NCBI RefSeq assembly: GCF_006345805.1
Contig: NC_042997.1
Location: 78,306,001-78,370,000, forward strand
From: Octopus sinensis
Taxonomy: Eukaryota
Direction: 5' to 3'
DNA: 64,000 nucleotides
Under the pieces are notes generated by a model. It was not told the origin of the DNA. It did no database searches and saw nothing but the letters and a program-made list of their open reading frames with translations. The stretch's first letter is position 1; each line of letters starts with the position of its first letter. A program made the translations under genes and the position numbers. Of the stretch, positions 63,099 through 64,000 are shown piece after piece.

Positions 63099-64000
63099 TC
63101 GTATGGAGGTTTGTATGCATGTGTTTACTAGTATGTTTTTGTGTTTGTGCATGAATACATTTTATGTTTTATGTCTATATGTGTATATACATGTATATGA
63201 ATGTGTGTATGCATATGTATATGTGTATGTGTATGAATTCAAGTATATGTATGTATATATATATAGTCTTATATGAATACGTACTCCTTTATTTTAATTG
63301 AATCTTCTCTTACACTTAAACCCTTGTATGTGCATGTATGCATGTGCGTGTTGTGTATGCGTGTGACTGTATATCCTCGCGTGTTGTGTATCTGCGTCTT
63401 TTCACTTGTCAATTTCTAATAATTTTCTCCTTCATATATTCGTTTTTGCTCCTATTTTTTCTGGTTGTCTCCCCTGCCCCGGGCTAGTTTTCGAGTAAGG
63501 TAACTATCTTGAATACACCGACCGGTTCTGTCTATGATTGATGCTTTTTCTTTGTTCAGTTGTCTTTGGGTTTTTTCTACTTGTATGTAAATTTTTACTT
63601 AAATATTGTAACTGTTGCGTTATATTCTATTATACACATGTGACCTTGTTTACATTATACTTCGTCTCGACCTTCGATTTAAGGTTTTTCCTCGATTTTT
63701 TATAATATGATGAATTTATATTGAATTCATTTATTTTGTTTATTTTGTTTATCGCATGCTTAAGACCGTTATTTGAAAGGACCAATGAAACAAATCCATA
63801 TTTAATGGTGTATCATCCTTTAACTAGTTTTGATCATATCGTTATTTCTGTTCTATTTTAACAAAAGTGTCCGACGAACGGGAATGTGAAACTCAGAGTA
63901 ACAGCTTTTATTATATTTCTGCTGCTTTTAAATAAAGTATATATTATATATATATCGTATGGAGGTTTGTATGCATGTGTTTACTAGTATGTTTTTGTGT
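63099..64000 (+). repeat. 856-bp unit restarting at 63955 (pLTR-like tandem) with degenerate hammerhead
   Basis: TCGTATGGAGGTTTGTATGCATGTGTTTACTAGTATGTTTTTGTGT at 63099 recurs at 63955 and runs to the window edge; AATAAA just before the restart. Confidence 0.65.
63868..63903 (+). ncRNA. Degenerate hammerhead-like motif
   Basis: tgt CCGACGA ac gggaat gt GAA ACUC a GAGU A aca. U4C core change and only a 2-bp stem II. Confidence 0.5.

Overview
AT-rich, microsatellite-saturated eukaryotic DNA made almost entirely of transposon relics. It probably comes from an octopus or other cephalopod; this is inferred from SINE motifs recalled by eye, not from a search. No intact host gene, rRNA, tRNA or CRISPR array is supported, and most ORFs in the track are microsatellite artefacts. 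Recognisable elements: three mariner copies (one full length with TIRs), a Tc1 relic, another Tc1/mariner-superfamily fragment, two Helitron relics, a long CR1/L2-type LINE with an unusual Myb/SANT-like plus CCCH ORF1, Tx1/L1 and RTE fragments, three R4/Dong-clade RLE retrotransposons (two young copies in (TAA)n tracts), several Penelope-like (GIY-YIG) remnants and tRNA-derived SINEs. The least expected signal is about a dozen type I hammerhead-ribozyme-like motifs found by reading the sequence. The best case is a 454-bp tandem repeat at 62083-63072 with one hammerhead per unit plus an upstream inverted copy, i.e. a candidate retrozyme (circRNA-producing) locus with Penelope-style insertion geometry. 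All alignments and folds were done by eye; approximate boundaries are marked as such.
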